Positions 37,339 to 45,810 of a stretch of DNA of 58,015 nucleotides are shown here, piece after piece. Within the stretch, counting starts at the first letter, position 1. Each line of letters starts with the position of its first letter. Location of the stretch: NCBI GenBank assembly GCA_023244975.1, contig JAHFLG010000012.1, positions 1 to 58,015 of the forward strand, read 5' to 3'. The translations under genes were made by a program, and so were the position numbers. This stretch comes from Candidatus Harrisonbacteria bacterium. GTDB taxonomy: Bacteria; Patescibacteriota; Minisyncoccia; UBA6257; 1-14-0-10-44-23. A model generated the notes under the pieces. That model was not told where the DNA came from and ran no database searches. It saw nothing but the letters and a program-made list of their open reading frames with translations.

Positions 37339-38929
37339 AGTGTCCGAAGAAGCCACGGGCGAGACGGTCGGGGATGAGGGCGAGAGCAACGTTATTGTCA
37401 GCGCAGACTTTTTTGACCTCGTCGTCGCGTACCGAGCCGGAGGTCGCGAGAATGCCACTAATGCCGGCGTTTATCAGCACCATGGGTCCGTCGGTGAACG
37501 GGAAGAAGCTGTCGCTGTAGGCTACTCCACCTTTTATATCGTGGCCGGCGTCTTTGGCGCGTTTGAGGGCAAGTTCGCAGCAGCCGACACGATCCTGCTG
37601 ACCAACGCCATTGCCTTTAAGCATGCCATCTTTAACTATGGTTACCGTATTGCTGTTGCTGGTTGAACCAATGGCCCAGGCGAGAAGCATGTCCTGTTCC
37701 TGCGCGGGAGTGACTGAGATTTTTACCATGTCGCTCGACTTCATATCCAGAATAAAGGTGTAGTTTGGCTGTTTTACAAAGCCACCGCGGACATGGCGCA
37801 GGCGAGTGCTGGTGTCGAGGCTATTTTTATTTAAAGAAGCGAGGGATGGGTTGGCGAGGAAGCGGCACTTGTCGCCTTTGCGCTTGAGGGTTTCAATCGC
37901 GCCAGTAGTGAAGCTTGGGGCAATGATGCCATCAAGCAGGCGACGGCCAGTTTCCATTTTATGAGTTAGTAGGGTTTCTGCGAGAGCTTCATCGATAGGG
38001 AAGTTGGTCATGACGACGCCGCCAAAAATGGCGCGCAGGTCGCCCTCGAGCATGTTTTGCAGAACGGTGTTTGCATCAGTGCCAATCGCTGCGCCACAGG
38101 GGTTGCCGTGTTTGACGCCTACAGCGATCAATGGGGTCTTGCCATAGTTTGTATCAAAAGCGGCAGCGATATGGGTTGAGGTTTGGAGGAGGCGTTCGAC
38201 GTCGCAGAGGTTGTTGTAGCTTGGCGGAGTGCCGGAGACGAGCTGGAAGTTGGAAACGGCCAGCGGGTCGGCATCCATGGTCGCATACAGAGCCGCCGGA
38301 GTCTGCCAGCCGTTTTCGCCGTAGAGACAGCTCATGGTCTGCCAGCCGACTTGCCCGTCGAGAGTTCCCTGCGAGTGATAGCGAGCAGAGGTCAAGCAGT
38401 AGTCAGCAACAACGGCTTCACTTTTAGCGCAGAGGGAATTAATGAAATTGTGTTCATCGGGTTTACCCGCTTTCAGCCACTCTACAACCTTCATGCGGTC
38501 TTTTGGGTCGCAGATGACAATGCGCCGTCCCTTGGAGGCGCTGCGAATCATGGTCGGCCCGCCGATGTCGGTTTTTTCAATCACGCTTTCTCGGGTTGAT
38601 CCGGGCTTAGCAATTTCTTCTTTGAGCGGGTAGAGGTCGACACAGACGAGGTCGATGCGAGGGATGTTCAGCTTTGCGAGTTCAGCAACATCAGCAGGCG
38701 AGTCAGTGGCCAGAAGTCCGGCATGAATTTCGCGCGAGAGGGTAACCACGCGGTGGCCTAAGATAGCGCCGCCGCCAACCAGTGAGGCGACGTCGGTTAC
38801 CGGTATTCCGGCATCGGTCAGGGCCTTGGCGGTGCCTCCTGAAGCCAGGATTTCCCAGCCCAAACCTACTAATTCCTTAGCAAAATCAACGATTCCGTTC
38901 TTGTCATAGACCGACAATAGAGCTTTCAT
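37337..38929 (-). CDS. purH: bifunctional AICAR transformylase / IMP cyclohydrolase
   Basis: MGS-like N-terminal domain (ALLSVYDKNGIV, SGGTAK) and an AICARFT C-terminal domain. 530 aa. Confidence 0.9.
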   Translation of the reverse strand: MKALLSVYDKNGIVDFAKELVGLGWEILASGGTAKALTDAGIPVTDVASLVGGGAILGHRVVTLSREIHAGLLATDSPADVAELAKLNIPRIDLVCVDLYPLKEEIAKPGSTRESVIEKTDIGGPTMIRSASKGRRIVICDPKDRMKVVEWLKAGKPDEHNFINSLCAKSEAVVADYCLTSARYHSQGTLDGQVGWQTMSCLYGENGWQTPAALYATMDADPLAVSNFQLVSGTPPSYNNLCDVERLLQTSTHIAAAFDTNYGKTPLIAVGVKHGNPCGAAIGTDANTVLQNMLEGDLRAIFGGVVMTNFPIDEALAETLLTHKMETGRRLLDGIIAPSFTTGAIETLKRKGDKCRFLANPSLASLNKNSLDTSTRLRHVRGGFVKQPNYTFILDMKSSDMVKISVTPAQEQDMLLAWAIGSTSNSNTVTIVKDGMLKGNGVGQQDRVGCCELALKRAKDAGHDIKGGVAYSDSFFPFTDGPMVLINAGISGILATSGSVRDDEVKKVCADNNVALALIPDRLARGFFGH

Positions 38930-38951
38930 CAGTATATTGTACCGCTATGCT

Positions 38952-39024
38952 CGCCGCTACGCAAAAAAGTGAGCGCTCCGGGCCGCTAGACCAAGTCCTA
39001 CGCACTTTTTTGCGCACCGGCTCG
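38952..39024. repeat. structured GC-rich repeat, family C, copy 2
   Basis: Matches 28948-29021. Flanked by the direct repeat TATGCT (38946-38951 and 39025-39030). Confidence 0.75.
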
Positions 39025-39041
39025 TATGCTACGATAACCAT

Positions 39042-39908
39042 ATGAACGGCTTTGCGCTTATAGGTATTGCGGTGACACTCTGGTCGGTTGGTAGTGGCAT
39101 TATTGCTAAATTATTTACCGTGCCGGCGCTCATGTGGTACCCGGTGGCGGCGGCTATGGGAGCGGCGGTTGTCGTAGTCATTATTCTGATTAAAGAGTCG
39201 CCGCGATCTTTGTGGCCACAGAGCACGGCGGCACGGTGGCTGCTATTGGGAGTAGGTGTGACGGTTCTTATCAATAACGGATTATTTTTTACCGCACTTC
39301 AAATCACCTCGGTTCCGGTCGCTCAACTTACACATTATCTGGCACCTTTATTTTTGGCGGTGATTTTCGCACCCCTGATGCTTGGTGAAAAACCGACTAA
39401 GCGGGAGGTCATTCTGACACTTGTCGGCTTACTGGGACTTAGTATCGTTCTGTGGCCTGACTTACGCGACGCGCGGCTTAGTGTAGGAGCAATGATGGGC
39501 GCAATCTCAGCCGTATTCTTTGCGCTCGGTAACGTGTTTAATCGCAAACTTACCGCCTATGGGGTCAGCGGTCTGCCCGCGGCCGCGTATCAAAATTTTA
39601 TCCCCACCCTCGGCATGGCGCCGTTTATGTTGTGGCAACTAAACCAAGGTGTGCAGTTTACCTCCGGCGATATCTGGGGTGCGGTATATATGGGCGTAAT
39701 GACCATGGGTTTCGGATTTTCGCTGTTTTTATTCGGCCTCCAGCGTCTCAAAAAGGCTAACCATGCCGGCATCATGAGTTATGGCGAGCCAATAGGCGCG
39801 ATTATCCTGGCCGCAATATTTTTACACGAACCAATGACCGCCTACGTGATTGTCGGCGGTATCTTGATTATCGGTTCCGGCGTGGCTTTAGTTTTAGGAA
39901 AAGATTGA
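39042..39908 (+). CDS. EamA/DMT-family transporter
   Basis: About 10 TM helices in two repeated halves, typical of DMT transporters. Confidence 0.65.
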   Translation: MNGFALIGIAVTLWSVGSGIIAKLFTVPALMWYPVAAAMGAAVVVVIILIKESPRSLWPQSTAARWLLLGVGVTVLINNGLFFTALQITSVPVAQLTHYLAPLFLAVIFAPLMLGEKPTKREVILTLVGLLGLSIVLWPDLRDARLSVGAMMGAISAVFFALGNVFNRKLTAYGVSGLPAAAYQNFIPTLGMAPFMLWQLNQGVQFTSGDIWGAVYMGVMTMGFGFSLFLFGLQRLKKANHAGIMSYGEPIGAIILAAIFLHEPMTAYVIVGGILIIGSGVALVLGKD

Positions 39909-40024
39909 GAAACACGGCTGCTGTCCCGAGGGTACATCGCGCAGGCCGGCTGGGCCGAGCGGGAAGAAGGTTCGTCAGCCGACGAACCATTCTGGTACCC
40001 GCAGGGATTGCAGCCGTGTTTCTC
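39907..40024. repeat. structured GC-rich repeat, family A, copy 2 (inverted orientation)
   Basis: Closing stem GAGAAACACGGCTGC/GCAGCCGTGTTTCTC. Its reverse complement aligns with copy 1. Fills the convergent eamA/pyrB gap and overlaps both stop codons. Confidence 0.8.
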
Positions 40025-40941
40025 TAATTCAGGATTGAGTGAAGCAAGGCCATCCGGAGGTAGAGTCCGTTTCTGGCTTCGCGGAAATAGGCGGCGCGCG
40101 GGTCGCTGTCGATGTCGCGGTTGATTTCGTCGACGCGGGGGAGCGGGTGCATGATGATTGAGTTTTTCTTCATCATTGAAACTATGCTCTTGTCGAGGAT
40201 ATATGAACCTTTGAGTTTGAGGTATTCAGCCTCGGAAGCAAACCGTTCTTTTTGGATCCGGGTCATGTAGAGCACATCAACCTTGGCGGCTACATCTTTG
40301 AGGTTGTTGTATTCTTCGAACTTCATGCCGTTGCCGTAGAGCTGTTTGTGCCCCTCTGGAAATTTGAGCTGATCGGGCGAGACCAGATAGATTTTGTTGT
40401 TGTAGCGGCTGAGGAGGTCGATGAGCGAGCGGCTCGCGCGGCCATAGAGCAGGTCGCCGGCCACGGCAATGGTCAGGCCGTCAATTTTTCCAAGTTCCTT
40501 TTTTATGGTGTACATGTCGAGGAGCGCCTGAGTTGGGTGCTCGCCGGCGCCGTCGCCGGCGTTGATGACCGGCACCGTTGAGATCTCTGACGCTATCTTA
40601 GCCGAACCTTCGATGCTGTGGCGCATCACAATGGCATCAACGTAGCCGGAGATTATCCGGATTGTGTCTTGCAACGTTTCGCCTTTGACCGCAGAGGAGA
40701 ACTCGCCGGCGTTTTCAGTGGATACTACCTCGCCACCGAGTTTAAGCATCGCGGTTTCAAACGAAAACCGAGTACGAGTACTCGGTTCATAAAAGAGAGC
40801 GGCCATTATCTTGCCTTGAAGCGGAGCCTTTTTAACAATGCTTTTTTCCTGTTTCTCAATTTTAGCAGCAAGAGCAAACAGTTCATTCAAAACTTTCGGA
40901 TCATGAAACTGCTTAGTGGTCAGTACATTCTGAAGTTTCAT
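40024..40941 (-). CDS. pyrB: aspartate carbamoyltransferase catalytic chain
   Basis: STRTR, HPTQALLD and HPLPR motifs. Start at MKLQNVL; the longer ORF reads into repeat B2. Confidence 0.9.
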   Translation of the reverse strand: MKLQNVLTTKQFHDPKVLNELFALAAKIEKQEKSIVKKAPLQGKIMAALFYEPSTRTRFSFETAMLKLGGEVVSTENAGEFSSAVKGETLQDTIRIISGYVDAIVMRHSIEGSAKIASEISTVPVINAGDGAGEHPTQALLDMYTIKKELGKIDGLTIAVAGDLLYGRASRSLIDLLSRYNNKIYLVSPDQLKFPEGHKQLYGNGMKFEEYNNLKDVAAKVDVLYMTRIQKERFASEAEYLKLKGSYILDKSIVSMMKKNSIIMHPLPRVDEINRDIDSDPRAAYFREARNGLYLRMALLHSILN

Positions 40942-40951
40942 ATGTAACGAG

Positions 40952-40980
40952 ATTATACCAGCAGTTTGCAGCTTCAGCAA
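40952..40980 (-). promoter_or_regulatory. extended -10 promoter for pyrB (near-leaderless)
   Basis: On the minus strand: TTGCTG-17 nt-TATAAT with a TG extension (TGGTATAAT). The -10 ends 10 nt before the ATG. Confidence 0.55.
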
Positions 40981-40987
40981 TATTCTA

Positions 40988-41070
40988 GGCCGAGCCGTAA
41001 CCCCGGCCGTCACAGCGAGTATAGACATTGGTTTCCTACTCGCGAGACGGACGAGGGTGAGCGCGAGGCC
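40988..41070. repeat. structured GC-rich repeat, family B, copy 2
   Basis: Arms identical to 27873-27954. The central hairpin carries a compensatory C-G to T-A change. Confidence 0.8.
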
Positions 41071-41071
41071 C

Positions 41072-42328
41072 CTACGCCTGCGGATATACTCTGCCTAATG
41101 AAATTGTAAACTTGACGCTGCCGGGGAAGGTAGTGTCGGTAAATGGAGACCAGCCAACCTTGGTTTTGAGGTCAGCGTCACGGACAGTCCAGGATTTTTT
41201 CGGATCGATAATTGTGAGTGAGCCGGCGTATCCCTTTTCTATGTTTCCAAATTTTTTATTGCTGAACTGATTTATATAAGCGCCGGGATTGAAGCTACAG
41301 ACGCGGGCGATGTCGCGTGGGGTAAAGCCATGCTCACTCATGAGCCAGGTGGCGAATGAACCATAGGTGTCGAGGTGAGGCATACCATTAGCGCCTTTCA
41401 TTTTTTCTTCTTTGGTATTGGGCGAGTGATCGGTGGCCAGATAGTCGAGCGTGCCGTCTTTGAGACCTTCGATAACGGCAGCGCGATCTTCGGCGGAGCG
41501 AATCGGCGGATTTATCTGCAGCCACGGATGATTTTTTTCGTTAAGCATTGTGGCATCAAAGAACATATGGTGCGGCGCTGCCTCGGCAGTGACGTGGGCG
41601 CCATGGATCTTGGCTGCTCGAATCATTTCCACACCTTTTTTTGTGGAGATGTGGCAGAGCTTGCCAGTGAGATTGTATTTGGCAATGAGTTTGAGGGCGA
41701 AGTCGATGGCCGAAATTTCGGCTTCCGGCGGCCGGCGGAGTTCGTGCGTCGGCTGGTTTTTATTTTTTTCCAAAATTTCCGGGTCATCGCAGTGGAAGGT
41801 GACTGCCTGCCCGACATACTTCGCGATTGCCGCTTCAATATCTTCAAATGAATTAAAGAACAGATCGCCAACCGAGTGAGCCATAAAGATCTTGTATGGG
41901 ACTTTCCGGGAGAGCGGCTTGGTGCCCTTGCCAATGCCGGCATACAAGACGACCGGAATCAACGCATGGGCATCTTTCAATTTTTCTTTAGCGGCGTAGC
42001 TTGAGTCATCAACCGGAGGAACAGGATTGTTGGGCATCTCAACGAACTGGGTGACGCCGCCGTGGAGCGCCGCCTCTGAAGCGGTTTTAAAGTCTTCCTT
42101 ATACAAATCTTTGCCGCTTACGTCTTCGCGAGCATGGACATGCAGGTCGGTGAAGCTGGGGAAGATGAGGCAGCCCGAAGTATCAAGTAACAAGTCACGA
42201 GTGACACCTTTCTTACTTGTTACTTGCGACTTGTAACTTACGTCTTCGATTAGGCCGGTTTGTTCATTGATGACAATGGTGCCATCAAATTCTTCGTCAT
42301 GATTTACGATATGTCCGGATATGTTCAT
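41072..42328 (-). CDS. pyrC: dihydroorotase
   Basis: DLHVHARED metal-binding motif and an amidohydrolase fold. Start at MNISGH; the longer ORF reads through repeat A3. Confidence 0.8.
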   Translation of the reverse strand: MNISGHIVNHDEEFDGTIVINEQTGLIEDVSYKSQVTSKKGVTRDLLLDTSGCLIFPSFTDLHVHAREDVSGKDLYKEDFKTASEAALHGGVTQFVEMPNNPVPPVDDSSYAAKEKLKDAHALIPVVLYAGIGKGTKPLSRKVPYKIFMAHSVGDLFFNSFEDIEAAIAKYVGQAVTFHCDDPEILEKNKNQPTHELRRPPEAEISAIDFALKLIAKYNLTGKLCHISTKKGVEMIRAAKIHGAHVTAEAAPHHMFFDATMLNEKNHPWLQINPPIRSAEDRAAVIEGLKDGTLDYLATDHSPNTKEEKMKGANGMPHLDTYGSFATWLMSEHGFTPRDIARVCSFNPGAYINQFSNKKFGNIEKGYAGSLTIIDPKKSWTVRDADLKTKVGWSPFTDTTFPGSVKFTISLGRVYPQA

Positions 42329-42338
42329 GTTGTTTAGT

Positions 42339-42454
42339 GTAGCAGCAGTGCCAAATCCCTGCGGGCACCAGAATGGTTTTCTTACTGAAAACCTTCTTCT
42401 CGCTCGCGCCGCCGCGCTCCGCGATGTGCCCTCGGGACATGGCACTGCTGCTAC
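42339..42454. repeat. structured GC-rich repeat, family A, copy 3
   Basis: Closing stem GTAGCAGCAGTGCCA/TGGCACTGCTGCTAC. Lies between the pyrD stop and the pyrC start, 10 nt from the pyrC ATG. Confidence 0.8.
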
Positions 42455-43554
42455 GGCTCAGGCTTATATGTTCCTACGGCTTCTTGGATGGTTTTGTATC
42501 CATCGCGCTGTAGTAATTGTACCAGACCTTTGTTGATCTGTTTGACCAGCCCGGGGCCTTCGTAGATGAGTCCGGTGTAGAGTTCCACCAGGGTCGCTCC
42601 GGCTTTAATAAGGTCGTAGGCGTCTTCGGCGCTGCTGACGCCGCCGCAGCCGATGATGAATGGTTTATCTAGTTTTTTGTAGATATAACTAACCAGTTCA
42701 ACTGCCCAGGTTTTGATCGGCTCGCCACTCAGCCCGCCCTTACCCATACTTTCCAGTGTCGCGTCCGACGTCTTGAGTCCGGCGCGCGCGACCGAGGTGT
42801 TCATGACCACATAGCCGGAGATATGATGTTTTTTAGTGACGACTAGAATCTGATCCAGAACTTCTTCGGATACATCAGGGGAGAGCTTGATGAGCGTGGG
42901 TTTGCGCATAGTGAATTTTGTCTCAGCTGCGCGCAGAGCTCTCAGTAGGCTGTCGAGGGTCACTGGATCTTCAAAGGTTTTGCCGTCGGCGGTGTTTGGG
43001 CAGCTGATGTTGATGACCATAAACGATGAAAGTTGGTAGAGGGTTTGAAACGAAGCACAGAAATCGCTGATAGCATCAGCTCCCATAATCAGCGAATCAT
43101 TGGTTTTAACAATGTTAATGCCGAGCGGAATCTCGAGATGTTGACCATTGATACGATGAGCAATAACTTCTGCACCTTCATTGTTAAGTCCCATGCGGTT
43201 AATCAGGGCGCGGTCTTCGGGTAGCCGAAAGAGCCGCGGTTTTGGATTGCCCTCGGCAGGACGCGCGCTCACCGAACCAATTTCTGTGAAGCCAAAGCCA
43301 AGGGCTGGCAGGAACTCGCTGAGCTTGGCGTGTTTGTCGAAGCCGGCAGCGAGGCCGATGGGATTTTTAAAACTCATGCCGAGAGCCTCAACATGCAGCC
43401 GCGAGTCTTCAAAGTCGTAGAAGAATTTTATGAGTGATTTAAACGGGGAGCGAGCGAGCAGACTACCAAGACTTTGAAAGAAGGCGTGGGCGCGTTCCGG
43501 TTTTTGTGCAAAAAATATCGGTCGGACGAGTTTATACATGGGAGCGTACGGCAT
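42451..43554 (-). CDS. pyrD: dihydroorotate dehydrogenase, class 2 (quinone-type) like
   Basis: N-terminal extension typical of class 2, GFTEIGSV and GGLSG motifs. The start may instead be M6 (43539). Confidence 0.85.
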   Translation of the reverse strand: MPYAPMYKLVRPIFFAQKPERAHAFFQSLGSLLARSPFKSLIKFFYDFEDSRLHVEALGMSFKNPIGLAAGFDKHAKLSEFLPALGFGFTEIGSVSARPAEGNPKPRLFRLPEDRALINRMGLNNEGAEVIAHRINGQHLEIPLGINIVKTNDSLIMGADAISDFCASFQTLYQLSSFMVINISCPNTADGKTFEDPVTLDSLLRALRAAETKFTMRKPTLIKLSPDVSEEVLDQILVVTKKHHISGYVVMNTSVARAGLKTSDATLESMGKGGLSGEPIKTWAVELVSYIYKKLDKPFIIGCGGVSSAEDAYDLIKAGATLVELYTGLIYEGPGLVKQINKGLVQLLQRDGYKTIQEAVGTYKPEP

Positions 43555-44275
43555 TGAGCTCGTCGCGCATCTTCATGGCGGCGGCGCGCGGGTCTTTGTC
43601 GTAGATAATGCCGCGGGACGAGCTGATGATTGCGCCGCTTCCACCAGCAGTAAAGCAGGGTCGGACACTCTCGGCGGTACCACCTTGGGCGCCATAGCCG
43701 GGGACGAGCCACATGGAGTTTGGCATAGCTGCGCGTAGCGCCTTGGCTTCTTCGGGATAGGTCGCTCCGACAACGGCTCCAGAGCCCCACTGATTAATCA
43801 GCTGTGCCACCTTCATATATATATCGTCCTGAAGTTCTTTGGCAGATGGGTTGGAGGTACGGCAGAGGACAAAGACTCCTTTATCTTTATATGTAAGGAA
43901 GGGTGCCACGCCATCAGAGCCAAGATAGGGATTGACGGTGATGAAGTCCGCGCCAAGTTCTTCAAAATGTGCTTTCGCATAGGCCTGTGAAGTTGATCCA
44001 ATGTCGCCGCGTTTGCTGTCATCAATCGCGAGGACTCCTTTGCTGTGAATGTAGTCGATAGTCTGCTTAAACGCATCCCAGCCGGTAGCACCAAAGCGTT
44101 CATAGAAGGCCATCTGCGGTTTAAAGGCGACAACCAGGTCGTGCGTGGCATCAATTATGTGCTTGTTGAAACTTACAATCTCATCGGCAGTGGTTGCTTG
44201 CATCGGGTCGAGACCAACACACACCACGCTGTTTTTTGTCTTGATGTCCTGGGCGAGTTGTTCAAAGGCGTTCAT
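43532..44275 (-). CDS. pyrF: orotidine 5'-phosphate decarboxylase
   Basis: DxKxxD core (IDDSKRGDIGST). Sits in the pyr operon. Confidence 0.8.
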   Translation of the reverse strand: MNAFEQLAQDIKTKNSVVCVGLDPMQATTADEIVSFNKHIIDATHDLVVAFKPQMAFYERFGATGWDAFKQTIDYIHSKGVLAIDDSKRGDIGSTSQAYAKAHFEELGADFITVNPYLGSDGVAPFLTYKDKGVFVLCRTSNPSAKELQDDIYMKVAQLINQWGSGAVVGATYPEEAKALRAAMPNSMWLVPGYGAQGGTAESVRPCFTAGGSGAIISSSRGIIYDKDPRAAAMKMRDELNAVRSHV

Positions 44276-44961
44276 TATTTGAGTGAGAGCGGCTGGGTGC
44301 CGTAGGTTTTAAAGTAGGTTTCGGTTGCCGTAAGAATTTCAGGAGTCTGTGTGTGTTGGCTGCAGAGCTTTGGTAGCAGGGTGAGCAGGTTAGACATAGC
44401 AAAGTAGGGAACACCTTTTGATGTTAAGATGTCGGCTACATTTTTTTTGTCATCGGTGAGTTCGTTGCGGTTGGTCAGGGCAATCGCGGCGACAATATCG
44501 ACATTGAGAGCCTTTAAGGAGTCTATGGTTTTGATCAGCGAGCCACCGGTAGTGGTCACATCTTCAAGAACAACAACTCTGCCCTTAGGCATAGCCAAGA
44601 AAGATTTATCTTTAGGATCGCCATGATCTTTTTCTTTGCCGCGACCCATGGCAAGAGTGTGACTGCCCTTACTAAATGTCTTCTGGCTCTTGGCCCATTT
44701 GTACTGAGTTAGCACGCCAAGCTTGGTCGCGCCTTCGGGGACGCCGTAGAACGTATCAACTGGTAACTGATGACCGATAACAAATGACAGAACAAAGTCG
44801 GTCAGCTGGTCAATCAGATACACATCTTCCGCGGCCGTGCGCCAGTTTACATAACAGTTGCACATCCGGCCGGATTTAAATTTCACTGGTTGCTCATGGA
44901 AACCAATAATACCGTTTTCAAGAATGAAGTCATCAAATCTGTTCTGGTCAAAGGCTGACAT
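44275..44961 (-). CDS. pyrE: orotate phosphoribosyltransferase
   Basis: PRPP-binding loop VVVLEDVTTTGGS. Start chosen at MSAFDQN. Confidence 0.8.
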   Translation of the reverse strand: MSAFDQNRFDDFILENGIIGFHEQPVKFKSGRMCNCYVNWRTAAEDVYLIDQLTDFVLSFVIGHQLPVDTFYGVPEGATKLGVLTQYKWAKSQKTFSKGSHTLAMGRGKEKDHGDPKDKSFLAMPKGRVVVLEDVTTTGGSLIKTIDSLKALNVDIVAAIALTNRNELTDDKKNVADILTSKGVPYFAMSNLLTLLPKLCSQHTQTPEILTATETYFKTYGTQPLSLK

Positions 44962-44992
44962 CGCCTTAGAGAATATCAGAAAATTGGGCGGC

Positions 44993-45766
44993 TTACAACT
45001 CAAATTCGCAGACGAGCGGCAGATGGTCAGAGGCGTCTACATTCGGCTGTTTATGGCTCAGAGTTCTCACATCAGGACTGGTAAAGACAAAATCAACAAT
45101 CGCGTCTTTGTAGCCTGAGTCGGCGGGCTTACGCTTCATGTTAAAACTCGTGACCCGCTCGCCTCTAAAGAGGTCGGTCATAGCGTGGCCGATTAGATTC
45201 ATAGACTCAGTGCCTTCATTCACATTAAAGTCGCCGCACAGAATGGCCGGATGCTTGTCCTGAATTTTTTCCACAATCATTTTGCTCATCGCCAGCCTCC
45301 GTTCGGTATCCTTGCCATGCGTGCTCCAGATACCGTGGACATTGAAGAGGTGGAGTGCCGCCTCGCCAACATCGGCGGTTGCGTATTGCATGGCGCGAGG
45401 CACAGAGGTCTCATACTGGCCGTCGTCTATCCAGTGGTCATTGTAGGGCACGTCGAGATAATGTGTACTGACCTGCGTCAGTGGAAATTTTGAAAGAAAG
45501 GCCGTGCCCCAGAGTGGAGCAGGACTCAGAAATATTTTGCCCTCGCTCATACGGCGCATGGTTGGGGCATAGGCCTTGTAGGGAAGAGCGAGAACCTTTT
45601 GTAGGTTGGCGAGCGTATTAAATCGTGGCTGAGCATTGGGGTCGGCGCACTCATAAACTTCTTGCATAGCCAGTATGTCCGGCTGTTCTGATTTTAAAAA
45701 ACTCACTAGATTGTCCCAGAACAGGCCACCCATGAAGATATTGAGATGAATAAATTTGAGCTTCAT
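44993..45766 (-). CDS. endonuclease/exonuclease/phosphatase (EEP) family protein
   Basis: N-terminal QE motif (ILAMQEV), GDFN and a C-terminal SDHLP motif. Confidence 0.7.
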   Translation of the reverse strand: MKLKFIHLNIFMGGLFWDNLVSFLKSEQPDILAMQEVYECADPNAQPRFNTLANLQKVLALPYKAYAPTMRRMSEGKIFLSPAPLWGTAFLSKFPLTQVSTHYLDVPYNDHWIDDGQYETSVPRAMQYATADVGEAALHLFNVHGIWSTHGKDTERRLAMSKMIVEKIQDKHPAILCGDFNVNEGTESMNLIGHAMTDLFRGERVTSFNMKRKPADSGYKDAIVDFVFTSPDVRTLSHKQPNVDASDHLPLVCEFEL

Positions 45767-45810
45767 GGGTATAGAATAGCTTTATTTATAGTAAGGAGTA
45801 TAGTAGCCCC

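Noticed and set aside
37049-37666. 205-aa plus-strand ORF overlapping the 3' end of purH
   Set aside because: It runs antisense to a clearly conserved purH coding region, and its composition is shadow-like. Only the separate 59-aa frame at 37111-37290 is kept, as a low-confidence candidate.
40942-41028. N-terminal ORF extensions that read through repeats (pyrB 40942-41028, pyrC 42329-42445, purM 29003-29107, purN 24344-24403, vanW 8921-8959 across tRNA-Gly)
   Set aside because: The extensions translate repeat or tRNA sequence into Arg/Ala-rich junk, and some use TTG or GTG starts. Internal ATGs give N-termini that match the conserved family starts.
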